This document shows positions 21,003-28,948 of a stretch of DNA of 64,000 nucleotides, piece by piece. Within the stretch, counting starts at the first letter, position 1; each line of letters starts with the position of its first letter. A program made the position numbers and the translations under genes. A model generated the notes under the pieces. It was not told the DNA's origin. It saw nothing but the letters and a program-made list of their open reading frames with translations, and searched no databases. Origin of the DNA: a bacterium (GTDB lineage Bacteria; Pseudomonadota; Gammaproteobacteria; GCA-002705445; GCA-002716945); assembly GCA_029979505.1 (NCBI GenBank), contig JAPOHH010000006.1, forward strand, positions 1,237 to 65,236, given 5' to 3'.

Positions 21003-21518
21003 TTAATGGCTGTGATTATGATCGTGATTGTGGTTATGATTATGATCTTTATGAGATGTTTCTTGTCTCATGTCAACTACTGTAAACTTGAGCATAAACC
21101 TTCTTTCCAGAGAATCTTGAGCAATCATAAGAATTTTCTCTCCTGCTTGCACGTCACGACGCGGGCCTATTAGCATTAAATGAGCCCCACCCGGCTTTAG
21201 TTCTACACTTGAGTTCGCTGGAACTAATATTTTCGACACTTGTTTCATTTTAGCAGAACCTGATTTAGTCTCAGTAATATGCATTTCTACGCTGTCATAA
21301 ACAGGACTAGTAAAATTATGGAATTCAACGTCTTTTTCAGAAGTGTTAGTAAATTTGACGTATCCTGCATTTACAGAAGCACTCGCAGGTGCAAGTGGTA
21401 TTGTAGCACCTATGATTTCAAGTTCGCCTTGTGTGTCTCGACTTGGATCAATGCCGCTCATGAATGCCATGGATGACAAACTAAAGCACAATAAAACTAG
21501 TAAGTTAACAAATCTCAT
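21003..21518 (-). CDS. Periplasmic copper chaperone PCu(A)C with His-rich tail
   Basis: EMH-x10-M..LKPGGAHLML Cu motif; signal peptide; C-terminal HKDHNHNHNHDHNHSH. Confidence 0.88.
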   Translation of the reverse strand: MRFVNLLVLLCFSLSSMAFMSGIDPSRDTQGELEIIGATIPLAPASASVNAGYVKFTNTSEKDVEFHNFTSPVYDSVEMHITETKSGSAKMKQVSKILVPANSSVELKPGGAHLMLIGPRRDVQAGEKILMIAQDSLERRFMLKFTVVDMRQETSHKDHNHNHNHDHNHSH

Positions 21519-21591
21519 CGAGATAGATTATTGCATATAAAATCACTAATTTCACTTGATATTTAATCAATATGAAATATATTTTTTTAGT

Positions 21592-21765
21592 ATGAATAAT
21601 CAATTATTAAAAATACTTGTTTGTCCCAAGTCGGGCGGAAAGCTAGAGTATAACGAAAATAATAATGAACTAGTATGCAAAGAATCTAATTTAGCCTATC
21701 CTATAGTAGATGGCATACCTATTATGCTCATAGACAAGGCAAGAAATATATCAAAAGAGGACTAA
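21592..21765 (+). CDS. Trm112/YcaR family protein
   Basis: LLKILVCPKSGGKL..LAYPIVDGIPIML; start at ATG 21592. Confidence 0.88.
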   Translation: MNNQLLKILVCPKSGGKLEYNENNNELVCKESNLAYPIVDGIPIMLIDKARNISKED

Positions 21766-21766
21766 C

Positions 21767-22237
21767 ATGGCACATGGCAAGATAAATACAAAAGTTAAAG
21801 ATATGGATATCGAGTGTACTGATGATAAAAAGAAAAAGTTATATGACTTTCTTGATAAAAAATTAGTTCTATATTTTTATCCGAAGGATATGACGCCTGG
21901 ATGTACTACCGAAAGTATTGAATTTAATGAAAACCTACAAAAAATTAAACGTCTTAAAGCAAACGTGGTTGGTGTGTCTAGAGACAAATTAAGTTCACAT
22001 GAGAAATTTATAAATAAACATAATTTCAAGTTTCCATTAATATCTGATACAGAAGAAAAATTATGTAATAGCTTAGATGTAATTAAAGAAAAAAGTTTAT
22101 ATGGAAGAAAATATATGGGCGTTGATAGATCAACATTTATAATAAATGAGGATGGAAAAATTTTACACTCTTGGCGAGCTGTTAAGGTTAAAGGTCATGT
22201 AGATGAAGTTATAGATAAACTTAAGGAGTTATCATGA
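21767..22237 (+). CDS. bcp: Peroxiredoxin Bcp/PrxQ
   Basis: LYFYPKDMTPGCTTE, GVDRSTFII, VKVKGHVDEV. Confidence 0.9.
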   Translation: MAHGKINTKVKDMDIECTDDKKKKLYDFLDKKLVLYFYPKDMTPGCTTESIEFNENLQKIKRLKANVVGVSRDKLSSHEKFINKHNFKFPLISDTEEKLCNSLDVIKEKSLYGRKYMGVDRSTFIINEDGKILHSWRAVKVKGHVDEVIDKLKELS

Positions 22238-22464
22238 AACTAGTTGCATTTTTACTATTCGTAATGATTGTCTTGACATTAATTAATGGTTTAGTATTCA
22301 TGAAAAAACTTATTAAATTACAGCAAGAAAATAATGAGCTGTTAAAAAAGATTGCAGAAAATAAAACAAGTGAAAATAAAGATGAGAATGTACCAATGCC
22401 ACATACAGAATTAGAGAAATATAAAACGCAGTTTATGCAAAATCCTTATCAACCACCTAAATAA
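22234..22464 (+). CDS. Small single-TM hypothetical protein
   Basis: Coupled by overlap to bcp and hinT; N-terminal hydrophobic helix. Confidence 0.6.
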   Translation: MKLVAFLLFVMIVLTLINGLVFMKKLIKLQQENNELLKKIAENKTSENKDENVPMPHTELEKYKTQFMQNPYQPPK

Positions 22465-22802
22465 TGTCTGGAACAATTTTTACAAAAATAATTAATAGAG
22501 AGATTCCATCTAATATAATTTTTGAAGATGAAATATGTATAATAATTGAGGATATAAGTCCTCAAGCACCTTTACATTACTTGGCGATACCAAAAAAAGA
22601 AATAATAGGTGTGTCAGATTTGAATGATAAAGATAACGTCATAATAAGTCATCTTTTGTTAACTATAAAAAAACAAATGCAGAGTATCAATGTGTCTGAT
22701 TATAGATTAGTCATTAACAATGGTAGTGAAGCTGGACAAACAGTCTTTCATCTTCATATTCACATTTTGGCTAATAGGACACTTGGTTGGCCCCCAGGGT
22801 AA
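22464..22802 (+). CDS. hinT: HIT family purine nucleoside phosphoramidase
   Basis: TIFTKII, PQAPLH, GQTVFHLHIHIL histidine triad, LGWPPG. Confidence 0.9.
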   Translation: MSGTIFTKIINREIPSNIIFEDEICIIIEDISPQAPLHYLAIPKKEIIGVSDLNDKDNVIISHLLLTIKKQMQSINVSDYRLVINNGSEAGQTVFHLHIHILANRTLGWPPG

Positions 22803-23567
22803 TTATTTTTTTTTGAAAAATGATAGAAATTTGTCTAAAGCATCCTGAAACGGGTTAACTCTAAGTTTTTCTGATTCTACGCTTATTTCATCTATACATT
22901 TAACTGATCTTGCAGGATAAGGTCCATGAGCTGTTTCTTGATAGAGCGCTATCAAATCAAATCCTTCCTCAAGGGTGTGGCCAATCTCAAAATTTTCATC
23001 TCTAGATTGAACCTGTCCTTTCATAAGAGTTGGAATCAGTGCTAGGTAAATAGGCTCACAGTTATTTTCTTTAGATCTCTTAACAATGTTATCATCGTGG
23101 ATAACTTTTGAATCTAATTCAATCATAGAGTAATCACACTCTGCGAAAAAGTCATCTAAGTCACTAGTTTCATGACCATTTTTAACTCTTACACAAATTT
23201 TTATACTATTATTTAATTTAGATTTAATACTTTTAAAAAAATCAATCCCATTAGAAATATCAAATGTCATTATTTCAGGTAAAACTTCATTACCAAAATT
23301 AATATAATCATCTGTAATTTTATCATCTGTGTCTAAGTAGACTGATGTAGACAAATTTCTTTTCTTAGACTGTTCTCTAAATAAATCTATTCTATTTTTT
23401 GCGACATCACTACCATCACTAAAAAGGACACGTGCTATGTCAACACCATCTGTCCACTGGCGAGCAATACCGGCCATTAACATAGTTATTAATTCTTTTT
23501 CATTATCAGTCGATGGACCAAGTGTCGCTATTATCAAACTAAGACGATGTCTATCTGAATTTGTCAT
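22803..23567 (-). CDS. Degenerate pyruvate-kinase-like protein (barrel domain only; B and C domains and catalytic residues missing)
   Basis: IIATLGPST, ARVLFSDG, VYLD and GFDLIALYQETAHGPYPARSV align by eye to PK IVATLGP, RLNFSHG and GTDAVMLSGETAxGxYPxEAV. Confidence 0.7.
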   Translation of the reverse strand: MTNSDRHRLSLIIATLGPSTDNEKELITMLMAGIARQWTDGVDIARVLFSDGSDVAKNRIDLFREQSKKRNLSTSVYLDTDDKITDDYINFGNEVLPEIMTFDISNGIDFFKSIKSKLNNSIKICVRVKNGHETSDLDDFFAECDYSMIELDSKVIHDDNIVKRSKENNCEPIYLALIPTLMKGQVQSRDENFEIGHTLEEGFDLIALYQETAHGPYPARSVKCIDEISVESEKLRVNPFQDALDKFLSFFKKK

Positions 23568-23612
23568 AAAGTAAGTATATCAGTAATGTCTGGTAAAATG
23601 ATATAATCAAGT

Positions 23613-24404
23613 ATGACTATTGAGACATTAACAACATTAAAAGTATCTTTTTTCGTACTTGGATTTATTATATTTCTTCTTATCGAAACATATCACCCAA
23701 ATAGAGAATGGAATACACCAAGATATAAAAGGTTATTATTTCATTCGGTTATAGCTGTTTTCAATACTGCGCTTATGCGAATACCAATTATTTTTATTTT
23801 AATGCCTGTATTAATTCTAATAACCGAGTCACAATATGGTTTGTTATTTATAATTACAGAACAAAATTCTATTAAATTTCTATTAAGCTTTATTATTTTA
23901 GACTTGTCATTATATTGGTGGCATAGATTAAATCATACAAACCAATTTCTCTGGAAGTTTCATTATGTTCATCATGTGGATACGCATATGGATGTTGGAA
24001 CATCGGTCCGTTTTCATATAGGAGAGTTAATATTATCTACTATATACAAAGCGGTAATAATATACATATTTGGTATTACACTGGCTGAATATCTTTTTTA
24101 TGAAATACTTTTAGTGCTATCGATTCAATTCCACCACAGTAATATATTGCTGCCTTCTAAAGTTGAAAAAGTACTGTCTAGAATTCTTGTGACACCTATA
24201 TATCATACCAATCATCATACAACTGCCCGTAGTTCAAGAGAGGCAAATTACTCAAGTATCCTGACAATTTGGGATAAATTATTTTTATCATATGTAGATG
24301 CGAAAGATGAAGAAAGATTACATATGGGTTTAGAAAACAGAGAAATAGAACTCAAATTAATCGAAAATATAATGTATCCCTTCAAAAAAAATGTTGACAG
24401 ATAA
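23613..24404 (+). CDS. Sterol desaturase / fatty acid hydroxylase family membrane di-iron enzyme
   Basis: His boxes YWWHRLNH, FHYVHH, FHHSN, HTNHH; NYSSILTIWDKLF. Confidence 0.85.
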   Translation: MTIETLTTLKVSFFVLGFIIFLLIETYHPNREWNTPRYKRLLFHSVIAVFNTALMRIPIIFILMPVLILITESQYGLLFIITEQNSIKFLLSFIILDLSLYWWHRLNHTNQFLWKFHYVHHVDTHMDVGTSVRFHIGELILSTIYKAVIIYIFGITLAEYLFYEILLVLSIQFHHSNILLPSKVEKVLSRILVTPIYHTNHHTTARSSREANYSSILTIWDKLFLSYVDAKDEERLHMGLENREIELKLIENIMYPFKKNVDR

Positions 24405-24425
24405 CAGACGGAGTGTTTGAATAGG

Positions 24426-24473
24426 TTACGCCTATTTGAAATCAGCTTGCAGGCGTAAAAGAGCTAAAGCGAT
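24426..24473 (+). ncRNA. SAM-II class riboswitch aptamer (upstream unit of tandem)
   Basis: P1 TTACGCCT/AGGCGTAA; L1 ATTTGAA; pseudoknot ATCAGCTTGC pairs with GC[T]AAAGCGAT; AUUUG..UUGC..GCUAAA signature. Confidence 0.8.
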
Positions 24474-24477
24474 CGGT

Positions 24478-24512
24478 AACCATCATTAGCTTTTGCGTGA
24501 TGGTTTTTTTTT
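24478..24512 (+). terminator. Riboswitch expression-platform terminator
   Basis: AACCATCA (24478-85) / TGATGGTT (24498-505) plus 9 T; TTAGCTTTTGCG (24486-97) is complementary to 24454-24467 of the aptamer (antiterminator). Confidence 0.8.
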
Positions 24513-24569
24513 GGCATTTGAACTCTAGATTGTGTGCCAATACTGATCAGTATAAACACTAAAGAGGAG
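24511..24569 (+). ncRNA. SAM-V class riboswitch aptamer overlapping the Shine-Dalgarno
   Basis: P1 TTGGCA/TGCCAA; TTTGAA loop; TTGTG pairs with CAC[T]AA; CTCT pairs with AGAG of SD GAGGAG (24564-69); inner hairpin TACT-gatc-AGTA. Confidence 0.82.
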
Positions 24570-24575
24570 AAATAA

Positions 24576-24938
24576 ATGAGTAATCATGAAACAAATATTG
24601 AACTTGATAATCCATTAAGTTCGGCAAAGATTGGTGCATATTCGGGATCAATTAAAGCTAAATTTTATAAATCAGGTAAAGTTTTTAAAGGTATACCCGC
24701 TGTTGATATCCACAGTGAACTTAGGTCTGTTTTATGTAATAGCAAAATTAAAATACAACCGTATAATGTTTCATATAAACATGGTCAATTACAGATTGAT
24801 TTACCTAGCAATATTAAAGGTAGTCTTGCTAACTTAATCATAGTAAAAACACTTACGACCGTTGGCTTAAGATATAAATGTATTAGTTGTAAGCTAGAAC
24901 TTGATAATATTACTAAAACTATATGTTTCCATTACTAA
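24576..24938 (+). CDS. Hypothetical protein (120 aa) under riboswitch control
   Basis: Strong SD GAGGAG 6 nt before ATG; ORF ends at terminator hairpin; no family recognised; contains CISC. Confidence 0.7.
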   Translation: MSNHETNIELDNPLSSAKIGAYSGSIKAKFYKSGKVFKGIPAVDIHSELRSVLCNSKIKIQPYNVSYKHGQLQIDLPSNIKGSLANLIIVKTLTTVGLRYKCISCKLELDNITKTICFHY

Positions 24939-24965
24939 AAAAACACCCCCTCAGTTGAGGGGGTG
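24938..24965. terminator. Intrinsic terminator between convergent genes (U-tract on minus strand, for the monooxygenase)
   Basis: CACCCCCTC-agtt-GAGGGGGTG (24944-24965) preceded by an A-run. Confidence 0.8.
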
Positions 24966-24999
24966 CATCAAGTCCTTTTGATCCTTGATATTTCCTATA

Positions 25000-26193
25000 T
25001 TAATTTTCTATTGGGAAAGAAAGTTCATCGTCCTTGAATGAAGTTCCTTCGTAACCAACTTCTTTGTTGATTCTATCAGAAATTGCTTTCTCTTCTGCAG
25101 TCGCAAATTTAGCATCCCATGTTGCTAGTCTTTTGCGCATGTACCAGTGCCATAGTGGTGGTACTAATGCAAGAGCGAAAATTGTAAAGTATCCCCAACC
25201 TGTGTTAGGTGCACCTACGTTTTCAAGTTCCCAGAAATGTGTTTCTCCACGGTCATGGTGGTCAGCTTGACGACCAATTTCGATGAAGAACCAGCTTGTA
25301 AATAATGTGTTGTTGTCCCAGTTATGACGATAGTCAATTGGTTGGTCTTTCACACGTACTAAACCGTAATGCTCTAGATAGTTCAATGCTTCAAGTTCGA
25401 AGTTTGAAATTACCCATACAGTAGCAAGTGCTGCTATACCAATCCATCCGCCAGCCATGAAGAATAATACAGCTGATGGTACTGACATCATATAACCACG
25501 AATCCAACGGTTTTGCCATGAAATGAAAGGTACTCCCATTCTTGAAAGTCTTTCTTTTTCCATGTTAAACACAAATTTTGATTGTCCTAGGTATGAAAGT
25601 AAATAATGACCATAAATAGTACGACCGCGTGGTGCAGTTGCAGGATCATCTTCACTTGCAAGCTCTAAGTGATGGTTGTATACGTGTGCGTAGCAGAAAT
25701 GTGCTGATCCTGAAAGACCCATTGTCATTCTTGAAATAATGAATGCAAAGCCTTTGCAATGTGATAGCTCATGTCCATAAATGATACCTATACCAGCAAA
25801 GATACCAGTTGAAAGCACAGCACCGATTAAATCTAATGAGGTAATTCCGCTGTATACAGGGATTAGATTAAACCATGTTGATGTTACTTCTACAGGTACT
25901 CCTGACATAAATCCGCTTATTCTCCATGCTAGTGCAAGTTGTAATAATACGAATACTGGTAACATTAGATACATTACCATGTTTTGGAATGTTGGAGATG
26001 CTTTAGTTGTGCCGTCATCTTTGTGCATTGCACTTGATGCTTGCTTACGTAATATAGTATCAACTACTACACCTACGCCTAAAAGCGCTACTCCGATCCA
26101 AGAAAGTAATCCACCTGCAAGTACACCAAAAAATGTTACCAAAATTAGTGATGGTGCAAGCAAATACTTAATGTTTGCAAATATTGTTGACAT
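25000..26193 (-). CDS. AlkB/XylM-type membrane di-iron monooxygenase
   Basis: YGHELSH, AHVYNHH, NYLEHYGL (HYG motif), ADHH, DPATAPRG; start set at ATG 26193 after SD GGAGG. Confidence 0.85.
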   Translation of the reverse strand: MSTIFANIKYLLAPSLILVTFFGVLAGGLLSWIGVALLGVGVVVDTILRKQASSAMHKDDGTTKASPTFQNMVMYLMLPVFVLLQLALAWRISGFMSGVPVEVTSTWFNLIPVYSGITSLDLIGAVLSTGIFAGIGIIYGHELSHCKGFAFIISRMTMGLSGSAHFCYAHVYNHHLELASEDDPATAPRGRTIYGHYLLSYLGQSKFVFNMEKERLSRMGVPFISWQNRWIRGYMMSVPSAVLFFMAGGWIGIAALATVWVISNFELEALNYLEHYGLVRVKDQPIDYRHNWDNNTLFTSWFFIEIGRQADHHDRGETHFWELENVGAPNTGWGYFTIFALALVPPLWHWYMRKRLATWDAKFATAEEKAISDRINKEVGYEGTSFKDDELSFPIEN

Positions 26194-26248
26194 TATTGCC
26201 TCCTTTGTCCGCATTTTGTCAATTTATTAGTAGATTAGTGTATTAATA

Positions 26249-26266
26249 TATAAGTTTTGTCTAATA
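26249..26266. promoter_or_regulatory. Candidate operator, TATTAG-N6-CTAATA palindrome copy
   Basis: TATAAGTTTTGTCTAATA, 56 nt upstream of monooxygenase start. Confidence 0.3.
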
Positions 26267-26360
26267 TATTTATACTTTGTCTACTTTCTGTCCATAACAA
26301 TATTATAGCAAAACAGTTATGTCAACATTATTTTTAAAATAATTTTAGTAATAGTAGGGT

Positions 26361-26606
26361 TTACTTTTTAGAGTATTTTTTCTTGAATTTAGCAACACGA
26401 CCCTCTTTTGTTTCTATTCTACCTTTGCCGGTATAAAAAGGATGTGATTCTGAGGATGTTTCTACTTTATAGACTGGATATTCGTTTCCGTCTTCATATT
26501 TCATCGTCTCAGTTGTTTTAACTGTGGATGAAAGTAAAAAACTTTTATTACAAGTTACATCATGAAATATAACTGGTTTGTAGTCTGGGTGTATATCTTT
26601 TTTCAT
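26361..26606 (-). CDS. rpmE2: 50S ribosomal protein L31 type B (zinc-independent)
   Basis: MKKDIHPDY, EDGNEYP, SSESHPFYTGK; lacks Zn-ribbon Cys pairs. Confidence 0.9.
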   Translation of the reverse strand: MKKDIHPDYKPVIFHDVTCNKSFLLSSTVKTTETMKYEDGNEYPVYKVETSSESHPFYTGKGRIETKEGRVAKFKKKYSKK

Positions 26607-26670
26607 AATCAGGTCTGTAATATATCACATTTTTTAAGAAAATTAAGAGCTATGTGCTATAAAATAGTTT

Positions 26671-27423
26671 ATGGATATAGCTCATATAACTGATCTTCAT
26701 ATTTCTAAAGATATTACTCAGAAAAAGCATAGCTGTGTGGCTTATCAGAGCTTAATTGATACTCTCTCAGCAATAGAATCTAACCATAAAAATATTAAAA
26801 ATCTTGTTATAACTGGCGATTTATCAAGCGATTATTCACTAGAATCTTATTTACACATAAAGAACTTATTAGGAAAGTATCCTTTTAAAGTATCTCTGCT
26901 GCCAGGTAATCATGATGACCTTAAAAAGATGGAGATGATATTAGATGAACAGATATCAATTGAAAATATAGATTTATCAGATATAAAGATATTGGCTTAC
27001 AACTTTGATACACATGTACCTGGTAGAGTTCATGGTAAACTTCAAGAATCTGATATAAAAAATCTAATGCAGGAATTAAACAATCTAAAAACGACTAATC
27101 AAATCATTTTATTTACTCACCATCCATTAGTACCAGTTGGTTCAAAATGGATTGACGAACATATTTGTGAAAATAGTGAATTTTTGATTGAAACGCTTCT
27201 ATCTTATAAAAAATTAAATTTTCAAATATTCTGCGGACACGTACATCAAGATTCTTATTTAAAAAAAAATAATATTGAATTTTATTCAACACCATCTACC
27301 TGCTATCAATTTAAACCATATTCAGATGAGTTTGATATAGATAAGAATGTATCTTATGGTTACCGTGTAATTTCTTTACAAGATACAGCGATAAATTCTA
27401 AAGTAATACGAGTTGTTAGGTAA
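26671..27423 (+). CDS. CpdA-like metallophosphoesterase (cAMP phosphodiesterase family)
   Basis: HITDLH, ITGDLS, LPGNHD, FTHHP, CGHVH, TPSTCYQF. Confidence 0.82.
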   Translation: MDIAHITDLHISKDITQKKHSCVAYQSLIDTLSAIESNHKNIKNLVITGDLSSDYSLESYLHIKNLLGKYPFKVSLLPGNHDDLKKMEMILDEQISIENIDLSDIKILAYNFDTHVPGRVHGKLQESDIKNLMQELNNLKTTNQIILFTHHPLVPVGSKWIDEHICENSEFLIETLLSYKKLNFQIFCGHVHQDSYLKKNNIEFYSTPSTCYQFKPYSDEFDIDKNVSYGYRVISLQDTAINSKVIRVVR

Positions 27424-27433
27424 TAAAAGCTTA

Positions 27434-27466
27434 AACAAGCACATTGAAGTATCGAATGTGCTTGTT
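27434..27466. terminator. Terminator-like hairpin between convergent cpdA-like and amtB genes
   Basis: 12-bp stem AACAAGCACATT / AATGTGCTTGTT. Confidence 0.65.
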
Positions 27467-27482
27467 ATTAAAATGAAGTAAT

Positions 27483-28778
27483 TTAATTATAGCTTGACTC
27501 TCCATGGTCTGATATATCAATACCTGTCTCTTCATTTTCAGAACTTACTCTTATATCACCAGTAAATATTTCTGCAATTTTAATTGCTACGATTGTAAAA
27601 ATACCACACCATATAATTGTAAATATAACTCCAAAAAGCTGAATCATAAATTGATCAGAAATGGAATTTTCTAGACCCAATCCACCGAATTGTGATGACG
27701 CAAATACAGCTGTAAGTAGTGTGCCTAAAATACCCCCAACTCCATGTACTGGGAATACATCCAATGAATCGTCAATCTTTAGTTTGTTTTTGATATATTG
27801 AGTTGCTTCATAACAGATTAAACCAGCGAGAATACCAATAGCTAGCGCTCCCATTGGACCAACAAACCCTGAAGCCGGTGTGATAGTACCAAGACCGGCG
27901 ACCATACCAGTAACAATTCCTAATACACTTGGTTTACCAACTTTGATCCATTCTCTAAACATCCAAGCGAGTGATCCAGAAGCGGCACCTATATGTGTTA
28001 CGAGCATAGCCATGCCTGCAGATTGATCTGCTGCTAGAGCTGAACCAGCATTAAATCCAAACCAGCCTACCCATAACATAGAAGCTCCAGCAACTGTCAT
28101 ACTTAAATTATGAGGTGGCATTGGTACTGATTGAAACCCATTTCTATTGCCTAGATAAATTGCAAGTATGAGTGCAGCAACACCAGCATTAATATGTACA
28201 ACTGTGCCACCAGCAAAATCCATCACACCCATTTCACCTAAAAATCCTCCGCCCCATACCATATGGCAAATTGGAGCATAAACTAATATCATCCAAATTA
28301 AACTGAAAAGAAACATTGAAGAAAATTTCATTCTTTCAGCGAAACCACCAACAATTAATGCAGGAGTAATGATTGCAAATGTAAGTTGAAACATTACAAA
28401 TACTGTTTCAGGTATATCCCCAGATAGTGAGTTTATTGATAGACCAGCTAAAAATGAATTGTTTAGCCCACCAATATATGAATTCATTGATCCGCCATCT
28501 CCAAATGCAAGACTGTACAAAAAAGCTACCCACATTACACTTACTAAACATGCCAAGCTAAAGCATTGCATCAAAACAGACAATACATTTTTACTACGTA
28601 CTAATCCACCATAAAAAAAAGCTAGACCCGGTAATGTCATAAATAAAACTAATGCTGTCGATGTGAGTATCCAAGCAGTATTTGCGTTAGATATAACTTC
28701 TTCAGCATACACATTTTGGGATTGTAAAGTTATACCCAAAAACACCACGGCATAAAAAAATATATTCTTAATATTCAT
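27483..28778 (-). CDS. amtB: Ammonium transporter
   Basis: LAFFYGGLVRSKN, DFAGGTVVH, WVGWFGFNAGS, DDSLDVFPVHG. Confidence 0.95.
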   Translation of the reverse strand: MNIKNIFFYAVVFLGITLQSQNVYAEEVISNANTAWILTSTALVLFMTLPGLAFFYGGLVRSKNVLSVLMQCFSLACLVSVMWVAFLYSLAFGDGGSMNSYIGGLNNSFLAGLSINSLSGDIPETVFVMFQLTFAIITPALIVGGFAERMKFSSMFLFSLIWMILVYAPICHMVWGGGFLGEMGVMDFAGGTVVHINAGVAALILAIYLGNRNGFQSVPMPPHNLSMTVAGASMLWVGWFGFNAGSALAADQSAGMAMLVTHIGAASGSLAWMFREWIKVGKPSVLGIVTGMVAGLGTITPASGFVGPMGALAIGILAGLICYEATQYIKNKLKIDDSLDVFPVHGVGGILGTLLTAVFASSQFGGLGLENSISDQFMIQLFGVIFTIIWCGIFTIVAIKIAEIFTGDIRVSSENEETGIDISDHGESSYN

Positions 28779-28808
28779 TGAAATTTCCTCATTAGTTACA
28801 TATTTGGA

Positions 28809-28824
28809 TGCAATAATTGTGCCA
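28809..28824 (-). promoter_or_regulatory. Sigma-54 (-24/-12) promoter of amtB
   Basis: Minus strand TGGCAC-AATTA-TTGCA, exact consensus spacing, 31 nt upstream of the ATG. Confidence 0.8.
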
Positions 28825-28948
28825 AAATGGTGCTATTAAGTTAAATACGAAAATAGTTTGTAAATAATGACTATCTGCATTACTTTAATTTAGATTAGTT
28901 TTTATTTTTTTAAAAAAATGCATTAATTATAAACATAATGCACAAATT

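Noticed and set aside
21003-21053. Tandem hexamer DNA repeat or contingency locus
   Set aside because: Imperfect repeats simply encode the His-rich tail of PCu(A)C
22803-23567. Calling the pyruvate-kinase-like ORF a pseudogene or a functional pyk
   Set aside because: No frameshift or internal stop (argues against pseudogene), but catalytic residues and two domains are missing (argues against pyk)
24394-24422. Sigma-70 promoter for the riboswitch leader (TTGACA at 24394-99)
   Set aside because: Perfect -35, but the hexamer at 17-nt spacing (TTGAAT) is a poor -10; not enough support to call
24631-24837. Alternative-frame 68-aa ORF inside the riboswitch-controlled gene
   Set aside because: No SD; the 24576 frame has the SD that the riboswitch sequesters
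28919-28942. TGCATTA-N10-TAATGCA inverted repeat as an NtrC site for amtB
   Set aside because: Spacing does not fit TGCAC-N7-GTGCA; could be chance in AT-rich DNA
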